A DNA stretch of 64,000 nucleotides, taken from the NCBI GenBank assembly GCA_963789955.1, contig CAWBMV010000034.1:896001-960000 (forward strand), read 5' to 3'. The position numbers were made by a program, and so were the translations under genes. Below, piece after piece: positions 52,643-63,244 of the stretch. Source of the DNA: an uncultured Candidatus Rokubacteria bacterium (lineage in GTDB: Bacteria; Methylomirabilota; Methylomirabilia; Rokubacteriales; CSP1-6). The notes below the pieces were generated by a model that was not told where the DNA came from, did not search any database, and saw only the letters and a program-made list of their open reading frames with translations. Numbering within the stretch: the first letter of the stretch is position 1; every line of letters starts with the position of its first letter.

Positions 52643-53884
52643 TCAATCCGGAGCGCCGAGAATCATGGCGAAGTGTGCTCCTCCGAGACTGTGCGAGTGC
52701 ACAAGCACTGTCCGTACCCGTGCAGTGCGATAGATGTTCGGAACATAGTCAAGATCGCATTGTGGATCTGGCATCTCATAGTTGATTGTTGGAGGGACAG
52801 CCTGGTTGCGCAGAGCAAGACAGCCTACAACGATCTGGATCGCGCTACTGGCGGCAAGGGCTTGCCCACACATCGACTTTGGTGAGGACACAGGCATGTT
52901 CCACGCGTGACTACCAAAAGCGCGTTTGATCCCAGCTGTCTCAGCGGCGTCGTAGTCTTGCATCGAATTGCCGTGAGCGCAGATGAGATCGACATCGCGC
53001 GGTGCTAGGTCGGCGTTCCGAAGCGCGCCCTCAATCGCCTGGGCGACCGCGTCACCCGTTTCGTCTACCTTGCGGAGATGGGTCCCTTCGTTGGCGCTCG
53101 AAGCACCAAGGATCTTGGCGTAGACGCGAACCCTTCGAGCCCGCGCTAGTTCCTGAGACTCTACGGTCACCACGGCAGCGCCTTCCGCCAGAACAAGCCC
53201 CGAGCGCCACATGTCAAATGGGCGGCTGGCTTCCTCTGGAGGGCCCTGCCATTTTGAAAGCACGCCGACAGAGTGAAAAACGCGCAACATGAACTCGGAA
53301 AGTGGGGCTTCCGATGCCCCGGCAACGACCGCCGTAGCACTCCCACTTGCAATCTGTTCGGCCGCCCAGCCGATCGCGTCCAAACCGGCGGCGCAGGCCG
53401 TAGCAAAGGTTGTTGTTTGACCAGTAGCGCCCGCGTGAATCGCGACATGTGCGGTCGCGGCATGTGCTGGAAACTCAAGTGCGGCCCACGGCGAGATCTG
53501 ACTTCCGCGAAGGAACGATTCGTAGTTCGGCTGCGCGACGTCGATGTGTCCGTTTAGAGAAGTTCCAATCGCAACTTTGACGCGGTCCGATGGAACACCG
53601 GCGGTATCGAGACCACTGTCACTCCGAGCCATCTTGGCTGCGGCAACCGCAAATTGGCTGAATCGCGCAGTCGTCTTAACCTCGCGCGCGGGCAGCCACT
53701 CAAGAGGGTTGAAGTCGTGGACCTCCCCAGCGAGTCGGCACTCCGGCGGCAACTTCGAACTATCGAACAGCGTCGGCCGGCCGATGCCCGAACGCCCCGC
53801 CAGTGCGGATTCCCAGAACTTGTCGACGCCGATGCCAATGGGGGAGACGATTCCGAGTCCGGTGATGACGGGTTGGTGCCTCAT
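52643..53884 (-). CDS. Atypical FabF-like beta-ketoacyl synthase
   Basis: VITGLGIVSPIG, TACAAG, SRPFD, AEGA, CAHGN, SSPKSMCGQ, PPTIN, HSHSLGG. Confidence 0.88.
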   Translation of the reverse strand: MRHQPVITGLGIVSPIGIGVDKFWESALAGRSGIGRPTLFDSSKLPPECRLAGEVHDFNPLEWLPAREVKTTARFSQFAVAAAKMARSDSGLDTAGVPSDRVKVAIGTSLNGHIDVAQPNYESFLRGSQISPWAALEFPAHAATAHVAIHAGATGQTTTFATACAAGLDAIGWAAEQIASGSATAVVAGASEAPLSEFMLRVFHSVGVLSKWQGPPEEASRPFDMWRSGLVLAEGAAVVTVESQELARARRVRVYAKILGASSANEGTHLRKVDETGDAVAQAIEGALRNADLAPRDVDLICAHGNSMQDYDAAETAGIKRAFGSHAWNMPVSSPKSMCGQALAASSAIQIVVGCLALRNQAVPPTINYEMPDPQCDLDYVPNIYRTARVRTVLVHSHSLGGAHFAMILGAPD

Positions 53885-54000
53885 TGCTTGGCTAACCCCC
53901 GCTGATGCTGGGCGCGCATTTCCACCGAAATTCCCAGCATTTACGTTAGCAGGTGACCTGTCAAACGGCCAAGTTCCCTCGTGAGAGGCTGCTAGAATAG

Positions 54001-54813
54001 GTGAACCTGAGAGACATGTCCAGGCAGGTCATCGGGCGTCGCGATTTCTTAAGCCTTCCGCTAGCTTTCCTTCTGGCGCCCCTCGCCCGGGCCTCGGCCG
54101 ACACAGTGGCACACACGGCTCCCTACCGGGTGGACGTGAGGCTGCTCTACGGCGCGCTGACCTATCGCATCGACGAGACCCTCGCGGAGTCCATCGATAG
54201 GTCGGCTGGTCGTTACGAGGTGGCGATGACCGGGGAGGGGGACGGCATCGTGAATCGGATCGAGTCGTCGGGAGCGCTGCGCCAGGGGCGCTGGGCCCCG
54301 TTCCGCTCACGGTCCTTCTTCTCCGTGAAGGGGCGTGAGTCTCGCGGCGACGTCACGTACGACTACACCGCACGCAGGATCGACTACCACTTCAAAGGTG
54401 AAACGTTCTTCCTCCGGCGTCTGCGTGTCGTCGACGACTCCCTCCCGATGCCGGATGGGTTGCTCATCGACGACGCGATCAGCGCGACGCTCAACTACGC
54501 CGACCAGCTCTGGCGGCCCCAGACCGACGGTGATCTATTGACGCACATCGTCCGACGGAAGATCGCGAGCAACGAGGGGCCCGACGACGTCCAGGCGCAG
54601 TACCGCGCCGAGCTGGCGCCGTTGACGCTCAAGGTGGCTGTCGACGCCGAGACGCGCAAGCCGACCGCGCGATTCGATCTCACGCGGTTCTCGTCGTGGG
54701 CGAGGCAGAGTCAGCCGGCGCTGATCACGTTCGGCACCGATCGGCGGCCGGAGCACTTGAATCTGCCGATGATCCTCGGTACGTCCGTCCAGATCAGCCT
54801 GAAGACCGGATAG
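54001..54813 (+). CDS. Exported hypothetical protein (Tat-like RRDFL), beta-rich
   Basis: Twin-Arg motif; extended -10 TGcTAGAAT at 53990-53998; true start may be ATG at 54016. Confidence 0.7.
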   Translation: MNLRDMSRQVIGRRDFLSLPLAFLLAPLARASADTVAHTAPYRVDVRLLYGALTYRIDETLAESIDRSAGRYEVAMTGEGDGIVNRIESSGALRQGRWAPFRSRSFFSVKGRESRGDVTYDYTARRIDYHFKGETFFLRRLRVVDDSLPMPDGLLIDDAISATLNYADQLWRPQTDGDLLTHIVRRKIASNEGPDDVQAQYRAELAPLTLKVAVDAETRKPTARFDLTRFSSWARQSQPALITFGTDRRPEHLNLPMILGTSVQISLKTG

Positions 54814-55758
54814 ATGCACGACCTCGTCACGCTCGGCGAGGTGCTGCTGCGGCTCGCCGCCCCCTCGCCGGCTCGCTTCGAGACGGTTCGCCAGCTCGAT
54901 CTGCAGTTCGGCGGCGCCGAGGCCAACGTGGCGGCCGCCTGCGCCCGCCTCGGTCTTCGCACCGGGTGGATCTCCGCGCTTCCGGCGAATCCGTGGGGGG
55001 AGCGCATCCGGCGCGAGCTGACCGGTCACGGCGTCGACTGCGGGCACGTGCGCATGACGGAAGGGACGCGCGTCGGCGTCTATTTCCTCGAGTATGGGGT
55101 CCCGCCGCGCCCGGTTCACGTTCTCTATGACCGACGAGATTCCGCGTTCGCCCGGCTGACGGCCGCGCAGGTGGACTGGGAGCCGGTCCGGCGCGCGCGG
55201 CTGGTGCACCTCACCGGGATCACGCCGGCGCTCGGTGAAGCACCCCGCTCGCTGGTCGAGCGCGCGCTGGCCGAGGCGACCACGGTGTCCTTCGACATCA
55301 ACTATCGCGCGACGCTCTGGTCGCCGGCGGAGGCCCGCGCGTTCCTCGAGCCCGTGCTGGCCCGCGTGCGCTACCTCTTCATCGGCCAATCCGAGGCACA
55401 GACGCTCTTCGGCTTCGCCGGGTCACCCGAGCAGACCCTCGACGCTCTCGCCCGGCTCGCGCCCAAAGCCACGATCAGCGTGCAGCGGGGCGAGGAGGGC
55501 TCGATCGTGCTGGATGGCGGTCGACTCTTCCGGCCGACTCGGCGTGTCGCGGTCCAGATGGTCGATCCGATCGGCGCCGGAGACGCGTACGCGGCGGGAT
55601 TCCTCTGGGCCACGCTGAGCGGGCGCGACTTGCAAGAGGCTATCGACGCGGGCACCGCGGTGGCGGCGATCAAGTGCTCGACGTGGGGAGACATCGCGCT
55701 CGTCAGCCCACGGGACGTCGCCGACGTCCTCGCCGGGGGGCCCGACGTCCGTCGTTGA
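54814..55758 (+). CDS. PfkB family sugar kinase (KDG kinase-like)
   Basis: GGAEANVA, YDRRDSA, FDINYRATLW, DPIGAGDAY. Confidence 0.92.
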   Translation: MHDLVTLGEVLLRLAAPSPARFETVRQLDLQFGGAEANVAAACARLGLRTGWISALPANPWGERIRRELTGHGVDCGHVRMTEGTRVGVYFLEYGVPPRPVHVLYDRRDSAFARLTAAQVDWEPVRRARLVHLTGITPALGEAPRSLVERALAEATTVSFDINYRATLWSPAEARAFLEPVLARVRYLFIGQSEAQTLFGFAGSPEQTLDALARLAPKATISVQRGEEGSIVLDGGRLFRPTRRVAVQMVDPIGAGDAYAAGFLWATLSGRDLQEAIDAGTAVAAIKCSTWGDIALVSPRDVADVLAGGPDVRR

Positions 55759-55800
55759 GCCGCGCCGGATGACGACTCGCCTGTTATAGTCGGATACGGC

Positions 55801-58767
55801 ATGGCGGGTGAGCGGATCCTCGACGGCCTGAACGACGCCCAGCGCCAGGCCGTCACGCACGACGCCGGGCCCCTCCTGATCGTGGCCGGCGCCGGCACCG
55901 GCAAGACGACCGTCATCACCCGCCGCATCGCCTGGCTCATCGCCCAGAAGAAAGCCCGCCCCGAGGAGATCCTCGCGCTCACCTTCACCGACAAGGCCGC
56001 GGCCGAGATGGAGGAGCGCGTCGACACCCTGGTGCAATACGGCTACGCCGACGTGGAGATCTCGACGTTCCACGCGTTCGGCGACCGAATCCTCCGTGAG
56101 CACGCGCTCGAGATGGGGCTCCAGCCCGACTTCCGCGTCCTCAACCGCGCCGAGCAGGTCATCTTCTTCCGCGATCGCCTGTTCGAGTTTCCGCTGGTCC
56201 ACTACCGGCCGCTCGGCGATCCGACGCGCCACATCCGCGCGCTCATCACGCTCGTCAGCCGCTGCAAGGACGAGGACATCACGCCCGAGGAGTATCTGGC
56301 GTACGTCGAGCAGCTCGCCGGCGAGGTCGCCGCCGCCCCCGACTACGAGGAGGCGCGCGAGCGCGTGGCCCAGCAGCGCGAGCTGGCGGCCACCTACGCC
56401 AAGTACCAGGAGCTGATGGCGCGCGACGGCTGCGTCGATTTCGGGGACCAGATCGTGCTCGTCTTGAAGCTCTTGCGAGCGCGCGCCAACGTGCGCGCCG
56501 GGCTGCAGCGCCGCTTCAAGTACATCATGGTCGACGAGTTCCAGGACACCAACCACGCGCAGTTCGAGCTGGTGAAGCTGCTGGGCGCCCGCCACGGCAA
56601 CGTGGCGTGCGTGTGCGACGACGACCAGGCTATTTATAGGTGGCGCGGGGCCGCGATCTCCAACGTGCTCGCGTTCCTGGACCGGTATCCGGAGGCGCGG
56701 CAGGTGGTGCTCACCGAGAACTATCGGTCACACCAGAAGATCCTCGACGCCGCCTATCGCCTCATCGTCAACAACAATCCCGATCGCCTCGAGGTGCGCA
56801 GCGGCATCAGCAAGCACCTGATCGCGGTGCACGAGCCGGACGGGCCGGCGCCGATGCACCTGCACTACGAGACCGGCACGCAGGAAGCCGACGCGGTCGC
56901 CCATGCGATCCGCGAGAAGGTGGACGCCGGGCGCTGGCGTTACGACGACGTCGCGATCCTCGTCCGCTCCAACGACGACGGCGACCAGTTCCTGCGCTCG
57001 CTCAACCTCCAGGGCATTCCGTGGACGTTCTCGGGTAACTCCGGGCTCTACGGGCGTCCGGAGATCCGGCTGCTGATCGCGTTTCTCCGCGCGCTGGTCC
57101 ACACCGATGAGTCGGTGAGCCTCCACTATCTGGCGTCGTCCGAGCTCTACCACGTGCCGGTGGTCGATCTCACGCGCTGCTCGACCTACGCCGATCGCCG
57201 GCACGTGCACCTCTTCGACGTGTTCCGGAAGACCGAGACGATCCGCGAGCTGCGCGACGAGATCGGCGAGGAAGGGCACGCCGCGATCGGGCATCTCGTC
57301 CAGGACCTCGAGCGCTACATGGAGCTCGGGCGCGAGATGCCGACGGGTGAGCTCCTGTATCTGTTCCTCAAGGACTCCGGCTGGCTCGGCCGGATGTACC
57401 GCGAAGAGACGGCGCGCGACGTGGCGGAGAGCAAGAACATCGCGAAGTTCTTCGACCGGGTCAAGTCGGCTTCGCACGCCCTGCGCTACGACAACGTGCG
57501 AGAGTTCGTGAAGCACCTGGACGAGCTGATCGACGCCGGCGAAGACCCGGCGGTCGCCGAGGCCGACATCGAGACGCCGGCCGTCCGCGTCCTGACGATC
57601 CACAAGGCCAAGGGGCTCGAGTTCCCCATCGTGTTCCTGGTGAACCTGGTCCAGGAGAAGTTCCCGCTGCGCCGCCGCCGCGACCCGCTCGAGCTGCCGG
57701 TCGCGCTGATGAAAGACGCCGTGCCGACCGGCGACTTCCATCTGCAGGAGGAGCGGCGCCTCTTCTACGTCGGCATGACGCGCGCGCGCCACGAGCTGTT
57801 TCTCACGAATGCCAGCGACTACGGCGGCAGCCGCCAGCGCAAGACGAGTCTCTTCGTGCTCGAGGGCCTCGATTTGCCGCGCGATGCCAGCCGCCCGTTC
57901 CGGGTGCGGCCCGTCGAGGAGATCGAGCACCACGCGCCGGCGGCCGAGATCGAGGACGCCGCGCTGCAGCCGCTCGCGCCGGACGTCGAGCTGAACCTCA
58001 GCCACAAGCAGATCGACGACTATCAGACGTGTCCGCTGAAATACTTCAACGTCCACGTGCGGCGCATCCCGATCCGCCGCCATCACGCGGTCGCCTACGG
58101 CGCCGTCATGCACAAAGTCGTCGAATACTATTTGCGCCGCCGGGTCGTCGGAAACTACACGCCGCTCGACGATCTGCTGGCCGTCTACGACCGCGCGTGG
58201 GCCGGCGAAGATATCATCCACGACCGCCCGGGCAGCCACGAGCCGGCCGAGGGCTTTCTCACGCGCGAGCACGAAGAGGCGCGCCGGGCGGCCGGCCGCG
58301 AGGCGCTCCGGCGCTTCTGGAATCACGAAGAGGCCGAGGGCATCAAGCCCACGTGGATCGAGAAGGAATTCGGCTTCGCGCTCGGGCCCGACCGCGTGCG
58401 CGGGCGTTACGATCGTGTGGACGAGGATCTCCTGGGCGCGGTGATCGTCGACTACAAGACGACCGAGATCAACCGTCAGAAGGACGCCGACCGGCGGGTG
58501 ACCGAGAGTCTCCAGCTGAAGATGTATGCGCTGGCCTGGCAGGAGATGACCGGGACCTTGCCGCAGCGTCTGGAGCTACGCTTCATCGACTCGAACGTCG
58601 TCGGGCGCCACACGCCGACCGCCCGCGATATCGACAAGGCGATCGACGCCGTCAAAGCGGCGGCGGCCGGGATTCGCGCCCGCCGCTTCGACGCCACGCC
58701 GTCGTGGGGCGCCTGCCGCTACTGCGCGTACAACCAGATCTGCCCGTTCACCGCGACGCGGGACTAG
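55801..58767 (+). CDS. UvrD/PcrA-type helicase fused to a PD-(D/E)XK nuclease with four Cys (AdnB/AddA-like)
   Basis: AGAGTGKT, DEFQD, ENYRS, TIHKAKGLEF, YVGMTRA, GRYDRVD, VDYKT, CP...CRYC...CP. Confidence 0.92.
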   Translation: MAGERILDGLNDAQRQAVTHDAGPLLIVAGAGTGKTTVITRRIAWLIAQKKARPEEILALTFTDKAAAEMEERVDTLVQYGYADVEISTFHAFGDRILREHALEMGLQPDFRVLNRAEQVIFFRDRLFEFPLVHYRPLGDPTRHIRALITLVSRCKDEDITPEEYLAYVEQLAGEVAAAPDYEEARERVAQQRELAATYAKYQELMARDGCVDFGDQIVLVLKLLRARANVRAGLQRRFKYIMVDEFQDTNHAQFELVKLLGARHGNVACVCDDDQAIYRWRGAAISNVLAFLDRYPEARQVVLTENYRSHQKILDAAYRLIVNNNPDRLEVRSGISKHLIAVHEPDGPAPMHLHYETGTQEADAVAHAIREKVDAGRWRYDDVAILVRSNDDGDQFLRSLNLQGIPWTFSGNSGLYGRPEIRLLIAFLRALVHTDESVSLHYLASSELYHVPVVDLTRCSTYADRRHVHLFDVFRKTETIRELRDEIGEEGHAAIGHLVQDLERYMELGREMPTGELLYLFLKDSGWLGRMYREETARDVAESKNIAKFFDRVKSASHALRYDNVREFVKHLDELIDAGEDPAVAEADIETPAVRVLTIHKAKGLEFPIVFLVNLVQEKFPLRRRRDPLELPVALMKDAVPTGDFHLQEERRLFYVGMTRARHELFLTNASDYGGSRQRKTSLFVLEGLDLPRDASRPFRVRPVEEIEHHAPAAEIEDAALQPLAPDVELNLSHKQIDDYQTCPLKYFNVHVRRIPIRRHHAVAYGAVMHKVVEYYLRRRVVGNYTPLDDLLAVYDRAWAGEDIIHDRPGSHEPAEGFLTREHEEARRAAGREALRRFWNHEEAEGIKPTWIEKEFGFALGPDRVRGRYDRVDEDLLGAVIVDYKTTEINRQKDADRRVTESLQLKMYALAWQEMTGTLPQRLELRFIDSNVVGRHTPTARDIDKAIDAVKAAAAGIRARRFDATPSWGACRYCAYNQICPFTATRD

Positions 58768-58768
58768 A

Positions 58769-61145
58769 TTGCCTTACGGCGAAGCCGATACCCGCGCCAA
58801 GCTGATCGACCCCAGCCTGCACGAGCGCGGCTGGACCGAAGACCTGATCCGTCGTGAAGAAACGGCTGGCGCGGTGGAGATTGTCGGGAATCGTCCACGC
58901 CGCCGCGCTCGCGGCCGCGTCGACTATACCCTCCGCGTGAAAGTGAACTCGGCGAGCCAGGCGGTGGCGGTGGCGCTGCTCGAGGCCAAGGCCGAAAATC
59001 TTCCGCCCGCTCATGGACTCGAGCAGGCCAAAAGCTACGCGGCCTGTCGCCGCCTCAACGTTCTCTTTGCCTTCTCATCCAACGGTCATCAGTTCGTCGA
59101 ATACGACAAGGCAAGCGGGCTCACCGGCACTCCTCGACCGCTCAGCGAATTTCCGACGCCCGCCGACCTGCGTGCCCGTTACGAGAGGGTGATGGGCTTC
59201 AGCCTGGAGTCTCCGGCCGCGCGGCCATTGCTCGCGCGATACCCGGGGGGCGAGGCGACGCGCCGCTACTATCAGGACGCCGCGATCCGCGCCGTGCTCG
59301 AGAAGCTGGCACGAGGCGAGCAGACGCGCGCTCCTGGCGCTCGCGACCGGATCGGGCAAGACCTTCATCGCCGTCCATCTGCTCAAGAAGATCGCCGACG
59401 CCGGACAGCTCCGACGCGCGCTGTTCGTGTGCGACCGCGATGAGCTGCGCAGCCAGGGCCTGGGCGCCTTTCAGAACGTCTTCGGCGCCGACGCGGCCTC
59501 CGTGTCGAGCGGTAACCCTCAGAAGAACGCACGCATCCTGATCGCCACCTACCAGACGCTCGACGTCGCCAACGACGACGCCGACGCGAACTTTCTCGTC
59601 GCCAACTACCCGGAGAACTATTTCAGCCACATCGTCATCGACGAGTGCCATCGCTCGGCCTGGGGCAAATGGTCGCAAGTGCTCACGCGCAACGCCGCTG
59701 CGGTGCAGATCGGCCTGACCGCCACGCCACGCCAGATCGAGCTGACGGAACGCCGCGCCGAGGCCCAGGCCGACGCGCAGATCACGGCGGACAATATCCG
59801 TCACTTCGGCGAACCCGTCTACGAGTACGACATCGCGCAGGGGATCGAGGACGGCTACCTTGCCGCGTGCGAGATCGTCCGCCGGGACATCTTCCTGGAC
59901 GACAAGCTCAGGCCCGAGCGAGAGACAGGGGTAGGAGCCGAGGATCTCGTGAGCAAACGGGTGACCGACGCGCGAACCGGCGAGCTGCTGACAGTCGCCG
60001 AGACGCGAGCCCGCTATGACGCGACGGATTTCGAGGAGCGCCTGCTTCTGCCCGACCGCGTCCACGCGATGTGCCGCGATCTCTTCCAGCACCTCCTCGC
60101 ATCGGGCGGGCCCGAGCAGAAAACCATCGTTTTCTGTGCGCGCGACCGCCACGCGGAAGACGGCGCCATCGCTCTGAATAATCTCTACGCTGCGTGGTGC
60201 ACGCAGCAGGGGAGGGCGCGCCTCGATCCCTACGCCTTCAAGTGCACCGCCGCGGGCGGCGGCGGCGACTATCTGGCAGATCTTCGCGGGGCGGCGCGCC
60301 ACCACTTCGTCGCGACCACCGTGGACCTCTTGACGACAGGCGTTGATGTGCCGTGCGTCCGGAACATCGTCTTTTTCAAGTACGTGCGCTCGCCGATCAC
60401 GTTCTATCAGATGATCGGCCGGGGTACGCGCCTCGATCCCGCGAGCGAGAAGCTCATGTTCCGCGTGTATGACTACACCGACGCCACGCGGCTCTTCGGC
60501 GAAGAGTTCAAGACCAAGTTTCGCCCGCCACGAGGGCCAGGGGGCATCGACACGCCGGAACCGTCCGAGCCTCCAGAGCGGACTCTCCAGGTGGAAGGCT
60601 TCGCGGTGCGAGTGACCGACGCCGGCCACTACATCGTCACCTCGGAGAACGGGCGCGCGGTTGCCGTAACGGTGGAAGAGTACAAGCAGCGCCTGGCGGC
60701 ACGGCTCGTTGAGGCGGCACCGACGCTCGACGAATTCCGGCGGCAGTGGATCATTCAGGCGGCGCGGCGCACCCTACTGGCCCAACTCCCCGAGGGCGGC
60801 CGCTCGGCGCTTCTCATCCGCGCGCTCGAGCACATGACGGACTACGACCTCTATGACGTGCTCGGCGAGCTTGGCTATGGCCTTGCCCCGCGTACTCGCC
60901 CCGACCGCGCCGACGCGTTCACCTACAAGCACTCAAGTTGGTTGTCAGAGTTGCCCGCGGGCACGGCGGCCACCCTCAAAGCGCTTGCGTGCCAGTTCGC
61001 CCGCGCCGGGACGGAGAGCCTGGAGAATCCGCAGGTGTTCGAGATGCCCGACGTCATCCGCGCTGGCGGCCTGCCGGCGCTCAAGACGCTGGGTGAGCCT
61101 GCCGAGGTGCTTCAGGAAACCAAAGAGCGGCTCTTCGCGGCGTGA
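58769..61145 (+). CDS. hsdR: Type I restriction enzyme R subunit; frameshift near 59321
   Basis: EADTR, DYTL, EAK, RYYQ, ATGSGKT (shifted frame), DECH, GLTATP, QMIGRGTR. Confidence 0.9.
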
Positions 61146-61149
61146 AGTG

Positions 61150-61719
61150 ATGAGCCAGTCTAGGCACGACACCGGTTTCGTGCACCAACTCAAGATCACG
61201 TTGCTGGGCGTCGAGCCCGCTGTCTGGCGTCGCCTCCAGGTTACCAGCAGCCTGACGCTCGAGCGGCTCCATACCGTCGTTCAAAAGGCCATGGGTTGGC
61301 AGAACGCCCATCTCTACGAGTTTGAGGTACGAAGCCACCGTTACGGCGTGCCGGCACCTGAAGAGCCAGAGTACGAGGTCGAGCCCGTTTGGAAGATCAC
61401 GCTGCGCGAGGCCGCCCCCGCTGAAGGCGCGTCATTCCGCTACATGTACGACCTCGGCGATGGCTGGACTCACGAGATTCTCGCGGAGCGAATTGAGAGT
61501 CCCGACAAACCTCTCCGACATTCCGTCTGCGTCGCAGGCGAACGACATTGCCCGCCCGAGGACTGCGGCGGTCCCGGCGGATACGACGCGCTACTGGCAG
61601 CGATCCGCGATCCCGACCATCCGGAGCATGACAACATGGTTCGGTGGGTCGGCCGTGGCTTCGATCCTGAGGCCTTCAACCTCGCTGGCGTGAACCGAAA
61701 GCTGAAGCTACTCAAGTGA
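61150..61719 (+). CDS. Plasmid pRiA4b ORF-3 family protein
   Basis: VWRR, MGWQNAHLYEF, YMYDLGDGWTH, CPPEDCGGPGGY, FDPEAF. Confidence 0.9.
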   Translation: MSQSRHDTGFVHQLKITLLGVEPAVWRRLQVTSSLTLERLHTVVQKAMGWQNAHLYEFEVRSHRYGVPAPEEPEYEVEPVWKITLREAAPAEGASFRYMYDLGDGWTHEILAERIESPDKPLRHSVCVAGERHCPPEDCGGPGGYDALLAAIRDPDHPEHDNMVRWVGRGFDPEAFNLAGVNRKLKLLK

Positions 61720-62844
61720 ACGCCACGCCCGTGGTTCGCCGATTGCGGCTCGGCGATTGCCTCCAAGAGGTGAACAAAGGAGTCGGGCCGACCTGGCAAC
61801 AGTATCGATTGGTGGGTGCAACGAGAGGGGGATTGGCGTCGGCCAAGGAGGGCGTGGGCAAGACCCCAGAGCGATACAAGCTGGTCGAGCCCGGGACGAT
61901 CTTCTACAACCCGATGCGCATCCTTTTGGGGTCGATCGCGCTTCTTGACGAGGGTCAAGAACCTGGAATTACTAGTCCTGACTACGTCGTGTTCAGGACA
62001 CGACCAGGGCTCATCCATCCACGGTGGCTCTACTACTGGCTTCGATCAGAGGATGGCGCAACGTTCATCCGCGGCCTCGCCAGAGGCGCCGTGCGGGAAA
62101 GGATGTTGTTTCAACGCCTCGCAACGTCGGAGATCGAAGCGCCATCGTACGAGTCCCAGCTCAGGTTCTCTCGAGCGATAGAACTTCTCGAGCAGGCGCG
62201 CGTGGCCGCCGAGACCCGGGTCGCTACAGCTAAGATCCTGGCCGGCGCTTACCTTCGGGCGGTTTTCGAGTGCGATGCTTCGCGCCGATAGGCAACCCGA
62301 CCGCTCAATGAAATCTCAGAGATCGTCGGAGGTATTCAGAAATCGCCTGATCGCGCGCCAGTGCGATTTCATCGACCATACCTTACGGTGCGCAATGTTC
62401 AGCGAGGCTTTCTGGATCTGTCGCACATTGAGCGATTTGAAGTCACGGCAGATGAACTCGCCCGACTGCAACTTCTTCCCAGAGACATTCTGATTGTTGA
62501 AGGCAACGGCAGCCTGGCTCACATCGGCCGGAACGCTCTGTTTGAAGAAGCCGGCCCTTGCCCGTCCTGAGTTTGTGAGCCGCTTCCTGAACAGCAGTTC
62601 GGGGCGGCGGCAAATGGAGGAAAAGGCGAAGACGACCAGTGGCCTATATACCCTCAGCACTGGCAAGGTGGGAGCTTTGGAGGTGCCGGTACCGCCGCTG
62701 CGAGATCAAGATGGTATCGTATCCGGCCTTGCGGAGCAGACTAGGCGGTCCTCAGAAGTGAGGTTGGCGGCAGAGCAAGAAATGGAGACCATCTGCTCGC
62801 TTGCCAGTTCGCTGTTGCGTCTGTCGTTTAGTGCAGAGCGCTGA
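61716..62844 (+). pseudogene. hsdS: Type I specificity subunit, interrupted by in-frame TAG at 62289-62291 and a deletion/frameshift near 62555
   Basis: TRD1 (YKLV, SPDYVVF) plus conserved helix; reading continues in frame after TAG (ATRPLNEISEIVGGIQK...PYLTVRNVQ); VPVPPLRDQ. Confidence 0.85.
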
Positions 62845-62929
62845 ACAGCACGTGCAGAGAGCGCCAACGTGTCATTATCGAAATGTGGTCTTGCCGAAAA
62901 TGACAATTTTCCTTGTTAGCGCGAGCGCA

Positions 62930-63244
62930 AATGAGCTCCCTACCTCAGCGCCTTCTTCGAGGCGGGCGCTCATCGCACGATGGAAGACCGAGTTGGCTGG
63001 CACGTCCCAGTCGGTGGTAAGGCTCGTGGACGTGGTGGCCGAGAATCCGTACTGCACTGTCCGCCGAGTCGAAAAGCGGCTAAAGGTCGCGTTCACGACC
63101 GCCCAGCGGGCAATGGAAAAGCTGCAGGACGGGGGCATCCTCAAGCAGGTCAACAAAGCCAGACGTGACCGCGTCTACTGCGCTGTGCCCTTGCCGAAGA
63201 TCCTGGAAGAGCCCGCTCGCCTCGTGCCGGTGGACACCGCGTGA
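62930..63244 (+). pseudogene. C-terminal wHTH fragment of a Fic-family protein
   Basis: ENPYCTV...VAFTTAQRAMEKLQDGGIL...RRDRVYCA; no Fic HPFxxGNGR motif. Confidence 0.65.
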
